Of a DNA stretch of 64,000 nucleotides, positions 54,478 through 64,000 are shown in pieces. Origin of the DNA: a bacterium (GTDB taxonomy: Bacteria; SAR324; NAC60-12); assembly GCA_965209155.1 (NCBI GenBank), contig OZ242383.1:2176001-2240000 (forward strand), read 5' to 3'. Below the pieces are notes generated by a model, which saw nothing but the letters and a program-made list of their open reading frames with translations, ran no database searches and was not told where the DNA came from. Each line of letters begins with the position of its first letter. The first letter of the stretch is position 1. The position numbers and the translations under genes were made by a program.

Positions 54478-55587
54478 CTATTCAATTTGGTCAGGTAGCT
54501 TGTAGCTGGTACTGCGCCCTCCCCCCGGGTTTTGAATAAAGATACCTCTTTGCTTCAAATCCTGAATATCTCTGAGGGCGGTATCGTTCGAAGATTTTGC
54601 CAGCTTGGCATATTTAGATGTGTTCATGTGACCTTTGAAATCATCCTCGAGCATGCGGTTAATAATGAGGCGCTGGCGTTCATTCACCGGGTTTTGATTG
54701 ATCCAACCCCAAAGCTCCGCCTTGAAAAGAACATTGCTGAGGGTTTTTTCTGCGCTTGAAATGGCCCTCCCTAAACAATCCAAAAACCATTCGAGCCAGC
54801 CAGATATTTCTGGTGCACTGCGTTGCTGTTTTTCTAGCTGGTCATAGTAGTCCCTGCGCTCGGATTCGATCTGGGAAGACAAGCTATAGAAACGATCCGC
54901 CGTACCGTCAGCAAGGGCAAGAGCCATATCGCCGATGGCTCTTGCAATGCGGCCATTTCCATCCTCAAAAGGATGAATGGTGACAAACCAGAGATGGGCA
55001 ATCCCCGCTTTGAGCACAGGGTCAATGGCATGACCATTACCAAACCAATCCAAAAAAGCATCCATTTCTATTCCCAGTCGGTCTGCACTTGGGGCTTCAA
55101 AGTGAACTTTCTCTCGGCCTATGGGACCAGAGACAACCTGCATTGGGTCTGCATCTATCGTACGCCAACCACCTACTGTAATCCTGCGCATGCCGCTCCG
55201 TCCCGTCGGGAACAAGGCTGAATGCCAGTCGAATAAGCGATCCTTTGTTAGAGGCTGTGAAAACTTTTGTGTGGCATCAAGCATCAATTCAACGATGCCT
55301 TCGACATCACGACTGGCCGAAACAAGCCCTGCAATATCAATCCCTAATCTGCGGGCAATGGAAGATCGTACTTCTTCTGGATTAAGAATTTCGCCCTCAA
55401 TTGCTGAAGACTTTACAACATCATTGGTCAGAATGCTGAGGCTCGCCTCTCGCTGGAGCTCAAAGCCCAATCCCCCCATCCGACCAAGCAAACGCCCTTG
55501 GCGATGGCGTAAATTGGTTAGCTTGGAAACGAGAGCTTCCGTATCCCAAGTAAAGGTTGGCCAGTTTTGATGTTCATAAATCCACAT
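54478..55587 (-). CDS. Fic family protein (DUF4172 + Fic + wHTH)
   Basis: WIYEHQNWPTFTW, SSAIEGE, HPFEDGNGRIAR, DTALRDI. Confidence 0.95.
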   Translation of the reverse strand: MWIYEHQNWPTFTWDTEALVSKLTNLRHRQGRLLGRMGGLGFELQREASLSILTNDVVKSSAIEGEILNPEEVRSSIARRLGIDIAGLVSASRDVEGIVELMLDATQKFSQPLTKDRLFDWHSALFPTGRSGMRRITVGGWRTIDADPMQVVSGPIGREKVHFEAPSADRLGIEMDAFLDWFGNGHAIDPVLKAGIAHLWFVTIHPFEDGNGRIARAIGDMALALADGTADRFYSLSSQIESERRDYYDQLEKQQRSAPEISGWLEWFLDCLGRAISSAEKTLSNVLFKAELWGWINQNPVNERQRLIINRMLEDDFKGHMNTSKYAKLAKSSNDTALRDIQDLKQRGIFIQNPGGGRSTSYKLPDQIE

Positions 55588-55592
55588 ATTAA

Positions 55593-55700
55593 TCACCGCC
55601 TTGTTTAAGGTGATTTTAGAAATTTTTAGTGAAAAATCAATATTTATCACCTTAAATTATGCGGTGTTTAATGTCAATATTCACCGCATCAGTTGTGAGA
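55593..55700. promoter_or_regulatory. Three imperfect TCACCGCA-N5-TGCGGTGA palindromes upstream of the Fic gene
   Basis: tcaccgccttgtttaaggtga, tcaccttaaattatgcggtgt, tcaccgcatcagttgtgaga. Confidence 0.55.
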
Positions 55701-55779
55701 TGCCACTCGATTTTTCCGGTTGTTCTTCAATGATTATCTCAATATAGGGTAGTAGAAGAGTTCGGAGAAGGGAAGGCAC

Positions 55780-56000
55780 CATTTTTTTTAAATCGATTCC
55801 CTTCTTTTTGCGTTTCTTCGGCAAACCCAGGCGGCCTGCATTGCCGCGCAGTCGGGGATCGATCAGGTCGCGCATGGCATCCCCGAGCATGTTAATCCCG
55901 TAAATCACGATCGCCAGAGCCGTGCTCGACCAGAAGGCTAACCAGGGTTGCTCCAACATATATTACTGACCTTCCGCGCTGAGCATTCCCCCCAGCTCGG
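55780..56000 (-). pseudogene. 3' fragment of a DppC-like permease
   Basis: GGMLSAEG..YMLEQPWLAFW...NMLGDAMRDLIDPRLRG, paralogous to the end of 26404-27384. Confidence 0.8.
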
Positions 56001-56101
56001 TTGCGGACGATACCCATTGAAATTGGATGTGTAATGAGAATTTGAAGAGAGTTTAAAAATTTTTTACAGGATTTTTAACGGAAGGAGCAGCATGTTGGAT
56101 A

Positions 56102-56498
56102 ACGAGCACCTTCGACACCGTTAACGCCATCACCATATGCGCATTGATTGCGTTTTATGAACGGGCGGTGGGATTCTACGCCTCCCTCGTTCAAATCAAC
56201 GCCTACCATCAACCCGGAGTGGAGGCAGGAAAAAAAGCGGCAAACAACGTGATTGTACTGCAAGCGAAAATTCTGCAATTCCTGCAATCTCATTCCGGTG
56301 AACCTTTCACCTTACGGGAAATCACGACTGCCATTGATCATCCGGATGATTGCAGGACTTCGTTCAAAATACTGGAATACCTGACCCGCAACGAACGGAG
56401 AGTCGCCAAAATCCCAGGCAAAACCTATTTCGAGGGAACCTACGGATACAAGCCGTATCGTCCTTTGGGATTCCTTATTCCGGGAGATAATCGAAAAT
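56102..56498 (+). repeat. Duplicated 3' end of pgi (copy of 54026-54422)
   Basis: Near-identical ~397-bp direct repeat; the TAG stop is TAT in the copy. Confidence 0.95.
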
Positions 56499-56527
56499 AC
56501 CTTCCAGTATGTACAGATTCCGCATCA

Positions 56528-57967
56528 TTAAAATATGAAAGTCTGTTGTGAATCACCACCAATTGAATCATTCGTTGCGTAACGGGAGTCTGGTTCTCGT
56601 ATTCCGGTTTCAACGTTATTGAGTTTTCCCATAACGAAGTGAAAGCACTTCTCCAACGACTTCAATCCGATTCCCCGGACTCTTGCCAATTGACTGAGCG
56701 ACTTAATTTCCGGACCAGATTGCACCGCATCCCGAATTCTCCTCAGCCGATCAACCCGCAGGTTCATGGTCTTCGCCATTTCTTCCTCATTTTTTTCTGA
56801 TAACACCCGCTTACGAAATTCGAGGTATAAATCGTCTACGGCGTCGGCTTTGTAGCGATAAATTTCTATCGGTAAGTCGCATTTTTTCAGGTGGCTCGTC
56901 ATCATAGGTATTACTTCGTCTTCGGAAAGACCACCATTTGTCGTGCCCAAGGTTGGAAAAGCGATTGACTCAATTTTTTTCTTTTCTCCTATGGTTTCAT
57001 AAACCCAGGAACGGGCATCTTCTGTTCGGGTAATTATTTTTTGGACTTGCAAAAAAGGAATCTGCTCAGGAATCAGAACTTCAGCACAGCGCTTCCGCTT
57101 GCCGTCTTCAAAATCCGACCACCATTTGGCACGGATACAGTCCCAATCCAGATTCTCAAGATCCATTGGATTTCTAAAACATCTGGTTCCCATAGAAGAA
57201 GCATTGCCATCGGTGAACACCATACCTTCCAGCAACAACAGATTTTTATTTAAACAAAGAATGGCGATTTTATCCTGAATCTCCCTGCGGCGGAACAACA
57301 TTGGGTTCTTGGGAGTGAAATACAGGGGAACAAAATCAAGCAGTGAACGATTGCATATGGTTTTCCTTTTCCTCATCTCAATGACGTTTATATCCGCTAT
57401 GTCTACTAACATTTTAACATTTCCACATACACGATTGCGAGAAAGTATTCCACTCCGGCTGATTGAAATTAAATTATCGATTGGGACCAGATAGAAAAGG
57501 AATTTGATTTTTCCCCACTCCTTTCGTGTTTTTTCTCCCCGCTGATCCCTCTGTAGAGTTCGGCACTTTTGCTCCTCCCCTGCTTTTGCTTCCTGTTCTC
57601 TCCGTTTTTGCTGCTCTTGGTCCTTCCGTGCTTGCTCCTCCTTTTGATTTTTCTCCAAAACTTGGCGCATCTGGTCTTCATTATGCTGCCGTCTGGTTGC
57701 GATGATTTTAGGGAGAAGATTCCACTCTACTGGCGACAACCGATAGTACAACGCAGTGACAATTCTATATTCATCTGATACAAAATCTTCGTCTGGTGCC
57801 AAAAAGCCGGAGCTGTTCGATTGCACCGCGCTGGGAGTCAAATTCTTCAAGTAGTTGAAGAGATCATAAAGAGAAGCACGTGAGAAATAGTCTTCATAGG
57901 AAGATCGCTTACGCCAATAAATAATGAGTTCATCAATGAGGTTCCAAGTCTCCTGGTCATTTGTCAT
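56528..57967 (-). CDS. DarT (DUF4433) ssDNA ADP-ribosyltransferase domain fused to a partial macrodomain and HhH
   Basis: IDNLISI..SGILS, DFVPLYFTPKNPMLF, FTDGNAS, RCAEVLI; then IESIAFPTLGTTNGGL and RVRGIGLKSLEK. Confidence 0.8.
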   Translation of the reverse strand: MTNDQETWNLIDELIIYWRKRSSYEDYFSRASLYDLFNYLKNLTPSAVQSNSSGFLAPDEDFVSDEYRIVTALYYRLSPVEWNLLPKIIATRRQHNEDQMRQVLEKNQKEEQARKDQEQQKRREQEAKAGEEQKCRTLQRDQRGEKTRKEWGKIKFLFYLVPIDNLISISRSGILSRNRVCGNVKMLVDIADINVIEMRKRKTICNRSLLDFVPLYFTPKNPMLFRRREIQDKIAILCLNKNLLLLEGMVFTDGNASSMGTRCFRNPMDLENLDWDCIRAKWWSDFEDGKRKRCAEVLIPEQIPFLQVQKIITRTEDARSWVYETIGEKKKIESIAFPTLGTTNGGLSEDEVIPMMTSHLKKCDLPIEIYRYKADAVDDLYLEFRKRVLSEKNEEEMAKTMNLRVDRLRRIRDAVQSGPEIKSLSQLARVRGIGLKSLEKCFHFVMGKLNNVETGIREPDSRYATNDSIGGDSQQTFIF

Positions 57968-58126
57968 ATCAGTTCTTGAACAATGGTGCGTAATTTAAGT
58001 TTTCAGAGGATTTATGCAAAAAGGAACAATGAAAAACCTGAGTTTGTGATCAGAATTTTTGAGTACCTCCTGAAAAAGGAAATGAGAAATATAAAATAAA
58101 ACAACACTCAGATCCAAGGAGGTACC

Positions 58127-58810
58127 ATGAGTAAGTTATTAGAACTTTTCTGTGATGTCGATGATTTTTGTCAAAGATTTCTACTCTGGTGGCATCGACA
58201 ACAATCGCACGTTGGAGAAAACAATGTTTGAAAGCATTGAGTTTATCCCCGAGTGAGGTCATGATGATTTTGATTCATTTTCATTAATTCCATTATCGGG
58301 AGTTGAAATCCTATTTTCGCGATGATGTTTCTCGTCATCTTCGCGCGGAATTTCCTCAATGAGTGAATGACAACCGATGTGTCGAACTGCAACAATCGGT
58401 GTTGTTGCCTTTGTGCTACTACCTTCAAAGCCGCCAAGGTCTTTGCAGTGGCATCAGCTATATTGATTCGACTTCTTTGGCCGTTTGTCATAATCGTCGT
58501 ATTCAGCACCATCGCAACTTCGCGGGACTAGCCGCTCAGGGCAAGACGAGCATGGAGTGGTTTTACGGATTCAAACTGCATCGGGTGGCTAATGATTCTG
58601 GGGAGCTTTTAGCTTTTTTCCTCAGCGCGGGTAATTGTGATGATCGTCATCCTGTCAGACAACTCACGCAAGGACTGGTTGGCAAATTGTTTGGCGATAA
58701 TGGTTTTCTTTCTCAAAAACTATTTGTACAACTTGCTCAACAAGGCCTTCAATTGGCCACAACCCTTCGAGCCAATATGAAACCTCGAGTCCTGCCCCTA
58801 CAGGATCGCC
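58127..58810 (+). pseudogene. IS982-family transposase remnant
   Basis: LELFCDVDDFC, ISYIDSTSLAVCHNRRI, GKTSMEWFYGFKLH, KLFGDNG; frameshifts and stops. Confidence 0.88.
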
Positions 58811-59010
58811 GAAAAATCACTCTGAATTGTCGCCGGAGAAAACTCTTGCTATCGACTCTTGGCTTTTATTAGCCTCAAAATGGAAATGCACTGGAGGTCA
58901 ACACCTGTCGCGAAAGTACAAAATAATTTAAATATATTCAATAAAATCAATGTATTATAAATTAACACAAATAAGTTTGCACTATCTTTTGTACGTACAC
59001 CTTCTTTACT

Positions 59011-60054
59011 TTATGATTTTGTTTCTTCAACATATTTCGTTGAAAGCTTATTTTCTGAACGAATTCTGTCATAGTAAACAGCCAGTATGATAACAACTCC
59101 AATGACAACCTGTTGTTGGAAACTATCCACACCGAGTAAATTGAGTCCATTTCTAATGGTACCAATAATAAAGGCACCTATCATGGCACCACTCATTGAT
59201 CCAGTACCTCCGAAAATACTGGCTCCCCCTATAAAGGCGGCTGCTATACCTTCAAGCTCGTATCCAAAGCCTGCTGTCGGATGAGCACTAGACAACCTTG
59301 CTGTAAGTACTACACCTGCCAAAGCGGAGATAACAGAACAGAAAACATATGCGGCCAGCTTTTTTTGGCCAGTATTTATACCAGAGAGGCTGGAGGCGAG
59401 TTGATCGCTTCCTGTAGCATACATATGACGCGCAAATAAGGTTGTGTTGAGGAAAAAGCTTAGGATCAAAGCTGTTATAACCAAAACTATTACGGGATAT
59501 GGTAAGAATCCCAAAAACTTTTCAGTACCTAGCGCACGGAAAAAATCATCTCCCGTGAATTCACCAATGGCTCTTATGCTTTTGAATTGACCATTGGTTA
59601 ACATATAGGCAAAACCGCGATAAATAAACATTGTACCAAGTGTTGCAATGACGAAATTCAATTTAAATCTGGTTACAATTATACCATTTACAAGTCCGCA
59701 GATGAGCCCTACTAATAAGGCTGCTATGATTGCAAGAACTATATTATGTGTCATTTCTATTACCAGGGCACAGACAACACCGGCAAGACCCAGAGTGGAA
59801 CCTGAGGATAAATCAATACCGCCTGCGATAAGAGGAAATGTCATAGCAATTGCCATTAACCCATAAATTGAAACTTGATTGGCAATTATAAACCAGTTTC
59901 TGAATGTAAAAAAATATTCTGCCGTAATTGAAAATACTATTAATAAAATAATAAGACCACCAAGCGTCCCTACTCGATCCACCCATTGATGAATATCCTT
60001 TCTACTATAATTCCTTATGCTAGAAAGCCCGTTGCCTCTTTTTGAAACATCCAT
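59011..60054 (-). CDS. Sugar ABC transporter permease (RbsC-like)
   Basis: GGIDLSSGS, IATLGT, YELEGIAAAFIGG. Confidence 0.93.
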   Translation of the reverse strand: MDVSKRGNGLSSIRNYSRKDIHQWVDRVGTLGGLIILLIVFSITAEYFFTFRNWFIIANQVSIYGLMAIAMTFPLIAGGIDLSSGSTLGLAGVVCALVIEMTHNIVLAIIAALLVGLICGLVNGIIVTRFKLNFVIATLGTMFIYRGFAYMLTNGQFKSIRAIGEFTGDDFFRALGTEKFLGFLPYPVIVLVITALILSFFLNTTLFARHMYATGSDQLASSLSGINTGQKKLAAYVFCSVISALAGVVLTARLSSAHPTAGFGYELEGIAAAFIGGASIFGGTGSMSGAMIGAFIIGTIRNGLNLLGVDSFQQQVVIGVVIILAVYYDRIRSENKLSTKYVEETKS

Positions 60055-60151
60055 TTTTTCCTTTTTATACAATTTAATTGTTATCTTTTTGACTTTTACC
60101 GGCAGCCAAACTAATACCGATTTGACTTTGAAATGTGCCATTAGCATGAAC

Positions 60152-60201
60152 CGGAAAAACCGGGGACACGTAGCAAAAAAGTACATGTCCCCGGTTTTTC
60201 C
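60152..60201. repeat. REP-like inverted repeat
   Basis: cggaaaaaccggggaca / tgtccccggtttttccg. Confidence 0.8.
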
Positions 60202-60257
60202 GTTGATTCTCTCGCTTACCGAATGGGATAAGGATCAGCGAATTTCCTCCAATTATT

Positions 60258-60992
60258 TTATTTGCCAAAGAACATCAGCTTGACGAGTTTCTCCTGGTCA
60301 AGTTCATTGGTTGGCAGACAATCAACCTTCTTGCCCCCCCTGAGGACAAATACTCGGTCACAGACTTCGAAAATGTCCTGAAGGTTATGCGTAACAAACA
60401 TAATAGATATGCCATCATTCTTTAACTTGAGCATCAGTTCTCGCACTTTTTTAGCTTCAACGACTGCCAGATTAGCCGTCGGTTCATCCATTAAAACAAC
60501 CTTGGGATTAAAATGGAAAGCTTTTCCGATCGCAACGGCCTGTTGCTGTCCTCCGGAGAGGTTATTCACCATTTCTTTAGGATTCGCGACATCTATCTTC
60601 AGCCCCTTTAGAGTTTCAATAGCCTCTTTTAGCATCTTTTTCTTGTTGAGAAATTTCATGCCGAAAGATCGATATAGCTCCCGGCCCAGGAACAGGTTGG
60701 AGGCTATATCAAGGCGACGGCAAAGTGCGAGATCTTGATACACCATCTCGATTCCTATTTCACGAGAATGGTGAGGGTTGCGTATCTCAACATGTTTGCC
60801 CTCAAAAAAAACACGGCCGCTATCAGCTTGATAGGCACCGGAAAGTATTTTCATAAAGGTTGATTTACCCGCGCCGTTATCGCCAACGAGTCCGAGAATT
60901 TCTCCTGAACGAAGCTCGAGGTCCACATCGGTAAGCGTCTGTATTCCACCAAATCGCTTGGTAATGTTAGAAGTTGAAATTATGTTTTCCAT
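60258..60992 (-). CDS. Sugar ABC transporter ATP-binding protein
   Basis: GDNGAGKST, LSGGQQQ, MDEPT. Confidence 0.95.
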   Translation of the reverse strand: MENIISTSNITKRFGGIQTLTDVDLELRSGEILGLVGDNGAGKSTFMKILSGAYQADSGRVFFEGKHVEIRNPHHSREIGIEMVYQDLALCRRLDIASNLFLGRELYRSFGMKFLNKKKMLKEAIETLKGLKIDVANPKEMVNNLSGGQQQAVAIGKAFHFNPKVVLMDEPTANLAVVEAKKVRELMLKLKNDGISIMFVTHNLQDIFEVCDRVFVLRGGKKVDCLPTNELDQEKLVKLMFFGK

Positions 60993-61168
60993 GGATTTTT
61001 TTCAGGATAGAGGTGCCCTGCACGCTCTGAGGCGCTCTTTCAAGATGCCCGGAGAAGTCCAAAGTCACGTCTAGGCCTTGTTCGGAGGGTCAGATCGAAA
61101 ACCAACCCAAAAACCCAAATACCGGGAGACCCAATCCCTCAACCCTCCACTTTTTGGCCTTCAAAATT

Positions 61169-62209
61169 TCAGTCTTTTATTCCTTCGATTTCTTTGACTA
61201 CAGATAAGTAAGCTTGGATCTTTGGAGACATGATATTTCCCGGAGTTATTATTTCATAGTGCGTATCCATACTGGCTGGTGGCTTTCGCTTTACCTTACT
61301 GGTTGCCAAAAAGTAAGCCATCTTGATAGCTGCCTGAGTCATATTATATGGGTCCTGCACTGCAGAAGCTGTAATCCAGCCCTCTTTGGTTTGGAAGTAC
61401 GATTGAGCAGTCATGTCAAATGAATCATTTCTGAGTTCACCAGGCTTAAAACCTTGTTCCTCCATAGCAATTGCTGCCATAGAACACATAACACAAAATG
61501 TTGTAAACCAACCCTTCAGATCAGGATTAGCGGTTAATATGTCCTGAGCCTGACTAAGGGATTTGTTGAAGTCGTAGTCGTTGTACTTTGTACCACCTGC
61601 TGTTATTTCCCAGCCAGGCCCTAAACCGGATATAAAGCCATCTTTTCTTTCTTCTTCAACAGCTGCGCCAGCTGATCCGGAAAGAATCGCGTACTTTCCT
61701 TTCCCCCCCATCTTCTCGCTAAAGATTCTCCCTAACTCTTGACCAACAGCAAAGTTGTTTGTTGCAAAATGATAGTCATATTTCTCTGTGCGAATTTTGG
61801 AGTCATAGGTTATCACCGGGATGCCGGTATCATACGCTTTTTCAACAAGAGGGGCCAGAGCATCTGTTTCAATAGCTGCTACAACAATAGCGAGAGGATT
61901 TGCCTGGAGAAATGTTTCCAACGTATTAATTTGCCCTTCCATTTGAGAGATCATTTCAGGAGCATAGTAAATGACTTCCGCACCACCAATTAAATCAGAA
62001 CCGCTCAAGTCATCAGCAGCAATTTTTGTCTGAGCCCAAAATGAGCCCGTTGCTATTTTAGCAATTACGTAGATTTTCCCGTTACTCTCAGAAGCATCAC
62101 GAATAGGCGGCAACTGGGCCCAGACCTGGCCAGCCACGAAGACGCTGGCTCCCATAATAAGAGCCAACAGGGTCACGCTCAATTTTGAGTTGCTTTTTTG
62201 ATCAAACAT
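61169..62209 (-). CDS. Sugar ABC transporter substrate-binding protein
   Basis: Signal peptide, GIPVITYDS, ATNNF, VQDPY. Confidence 0.9.
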   Translation of the reverse strand: MFDQKSNSKLSVTLLALIMGASVFVAGQVWAQLPPIRDASESNGKIYVIAKIATGSFWAQTKIAADDLSGSDLIGGAEVIYYAPEMISQMEGQINTLETFLQANPLAIVVAAIETDALAPLVEKAYDTGIPVITYDSKIRTEKYDYHFATNNFAVGQELGRIFSEKMGGKGKYAILSGSAGAAVEEERKDGFISGLGPGWEITAGGTKYNDYDFNKSLSQAQDILTANPDLKGWFTTFCVMCSMAAIAMEEQGFKPGELRNDSFDMTAQSYFQTKEGWITASAVQDPYNMTQAAIKMAYFLATSKVKRKPPASMDTHYEIITPGNIMSPKIQAYLSVVKEIEGIKD

Positions 62210-62338
62210 ATGACATTTCCCTTTTGGATGTTTAAAAATATTAAGTATTGCTTTAAAACCTGCTTTCGTTCCCGAAAACAGGTTTTCGACGATTTCTCTA
62301 ATGATTACTTTCATTTTTACCTTTATTATTTTTAGGTG

Positions 62339-62898
62339 GTAACTATTCAGGTCTCAGAAAAACCCGTTCAGTTAAATATCTTTTAAGAAAGATTCCCAGG
62401 GAAGATCAATCGTTTTCACGTCCTTCCACGATATTGTTCAATCGATCAAGTGGGAACCCTCTCTTTCACTAAAACAACTTAGTGAAGGCATGATTTAAGC
62501 AATATATATTATTTTGCATAATGTCAACCCCCAAATGAAAAAAATGCAGGATTCGTAAAAAAATTTAAAATCTATCAATCAGGGAGATCCGCTTCTTTAT
62601 GATCGTGAGCCAAAAAACGAATGTTCACTCCACAATCCGGCGTTTTTTCCAATGGCGATAATGATCGTAAACGCTTTGCCAAGGAGGTAAATCAGAGTGA
62701 TAAGCGCTCTTGCTTCCATTGCTCTCGTTCTTTTTCAAAGAGTTGACAGGCTTCTTGAAGAGCCTAGAGGTGGGGAGTCGACGAAATGGAATGAATATAC
62801 TTTTGAACTTTCGAGAGCATAAAGTCCTTTCCAGACTCTATGCCATGCCAAATCTATACTTAATTTGATTGGTTCTCTGAAGATACCTGAATAGTTAC
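62339..62898. mobile_element. Non-autonomous MITE-like element, copy 2
   Basis: Same TIRs and internal sequence family as 21387-21943. Confidence 0.85.
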
Positions 62899-62936
62899 GG
62901 ATGAACAAGGAAATTTGTTGCATTCTCCCATAATAC

Positions 62937-63794
62937 TCACGTCCTTGAACCAGGAAATTCCGAAAGAACTTCATTGGAAAGGGAACCTTCTGCGACTCGA
63001 GTGACGGGGCCGGTCATGCTGACCTGGAAATCGCGTGAAATGATGATATCGATGATCCCTCCGGGCATGTGGACATGGATTTGGGAATCACACCGTCCCA
63101 ATTTATGAGCAACTGCCGCTGCCGCGCAGCTGCTGCTACCCGATGCCATCGTATATCCCGCGCCGCGCTCCCAAATTTGAATCTGAATGTTGTTGCGATC
63201 CAAAATTCGCATGAATTGGACATTGATCCGCTGGGGAAAACAAGGTGCATTTTCCAGCAGCGGTCCATAGTGTCGCGTTTCGGCTTCTGAAAGAACTTCA
63301 CGCACAAGGACGCAGTGGGGATTGCCGATGCTTGCTGCGCAAAATTTGAATTCCTGTCCGTCCACCCGGATTGTTTCATCGATCACTTGGCGTGATGGTC
63401 CTCTCAGCGGAATCGATTTGCTCTCGAAACTGACTTTTCCCATTTCGACCATGATTTCATGCCCGTTTTCACGAACGGTCGCAACCACTTTTCCTCCTGC
63501 AGTGAGGATGGTAAACGGGGCCTCTTCTACCAAGCCCTGATCCCACAAATAGCGGGAAAAAATACGCAGACCATTTCCGCTTTTTTCGGCTTCACTGCCA
63601 TCCGGGTTGAAAATTCTCAGGGAAAATTCGGAGGCAGTCGATTCAGGACGACCGATGAGAATGCCGTCGGAGCCGATTCCAAAATGACGGTGGCAGATTC
63701 GCCGGATTTGCTCAGGCTTCAAAGGAACGGGTGTATCGTCAGGATCCAGAACGAGATAGTCGTTGCCGAGCGCATGGTATTTGGAAAATTTCAT
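62937..63794 (-). CDS. dapF: Diaminopimelate epimerase family protein
   Basis: KYHALGNDY, GIGSDG, FNPDGSEAEKSGNG, GNPH, WERGAG.TMASGS (Ser in place of the catalytic Cys). Confidence 0.85.
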   Translation of the reverse strand: MKFSKYHALGNDYLVLDPDDTPVPLKPEQIRRICHRHFGIGSDGILIGRPESTASEFSLRIFNPDGSEAEKSGNGLRIFSRYLWDQGLVEEAPFTILTAGGKVVATVRENGHEIMVEMGKVSFESKSIPLRGPSRQVIDETIRVDGQEFKFCAASIGNPHCVLVREVLSEAETRHYGPLLENAPCFPQRINVQFMRILDRNNIQIQIWERGAGYTMASGSSSCAAAAVAHKLGRCDSQIHVHMPGGIIDIIISRDFQVSMTGPVTRVAEGSLSNEVLSEFPGSRT

Positions 63795-63858
63795 TGATTC
63801 TACCTGGAATGACATTCATTTAAAGATTTCGCCCCCCTCCCCTGGCCCCTCCCTCCAG

Positions 63859-64000
63859 GGGAGGGGGATATTTTAAGAGGCTGACATGCATATCAAACTT
63901 TCTGTCTCGCGACCGGGAGGGGGAGATTTTAAGAGGCTGTCATGCATATCAAACTTTCTGTCTCGCGAACGGGAAGGGGATATTTTAAGAGGCTGACATG
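63859..64000. repeat. 56-bp tandem repeat, at least 2.5 units, running off the window
   Basis: Units start at 63859, 63915 and 63971 (gggagggggatattttaagaggctgacatgcatatcaaac...); preceded by a REP-like ccccctcccc...ggggaggggg hairpin. Confidence 0.9.

Noticed and set aside
56144..56551. Independent 135-aa gene
   Set aside because: It is the duplicated pgi C-terminus with no proper start.
63859..64000. CRISPR array
   Set aside because: Units repeat in full with no variable spacers.

Overview
Bacterial chromosomal window of mostly moderate GC with high-GC inserts. A deltaproteobacterial/SAR324-like, possibly host-associated origin is inference only. It opens with an SOS mutagenesis cassette (lexA-imuA-imuB-dnaE2). 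dnaE2 is split by a 6.1-kb cargo-carrying IS1595-family transposon (4519-10614; 25-bp TIRs, 8-bp TSD), which holds a second nested 1.4-kb IS1595 element (7197-8603). Between the outer transposase and its cargo genes lies a cluster of four predicted structured non-coding RNA units. Two are paralogous with compensatory base changes, each behind a sigma54-type -24/-12 motif; this is the best candidate for an undescribed system. Next come tRNA-Arg(TCT), lptE, dksA, groESL with two CIRCE boxes, a c4-type cytochrome, a frameshifted multidomain carboxylase, an SDR, a high-GC peptide ABC transporter, icmF, rbgA, an MFS pump, MNT/HEPN and RelBE-type modules and a larA-family gene. A second candidate system at 41.6-46.8 kb is a series of IS91/ISCR-like ori-end repeats, each with a conserved outward promoter in front of different cargo genes. 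The window ends with pgi and a duplicated pgi 3' end, a Fic gene, a DarT fused to a partial macrodomain, an IS982 remnant, a sugar ABC transporter, dapF and a 56-bp tandem repeat. Two ~560-bp MITEs and many pseudogenes are present. All family calls come from motif recognition by eye; no searches were run.
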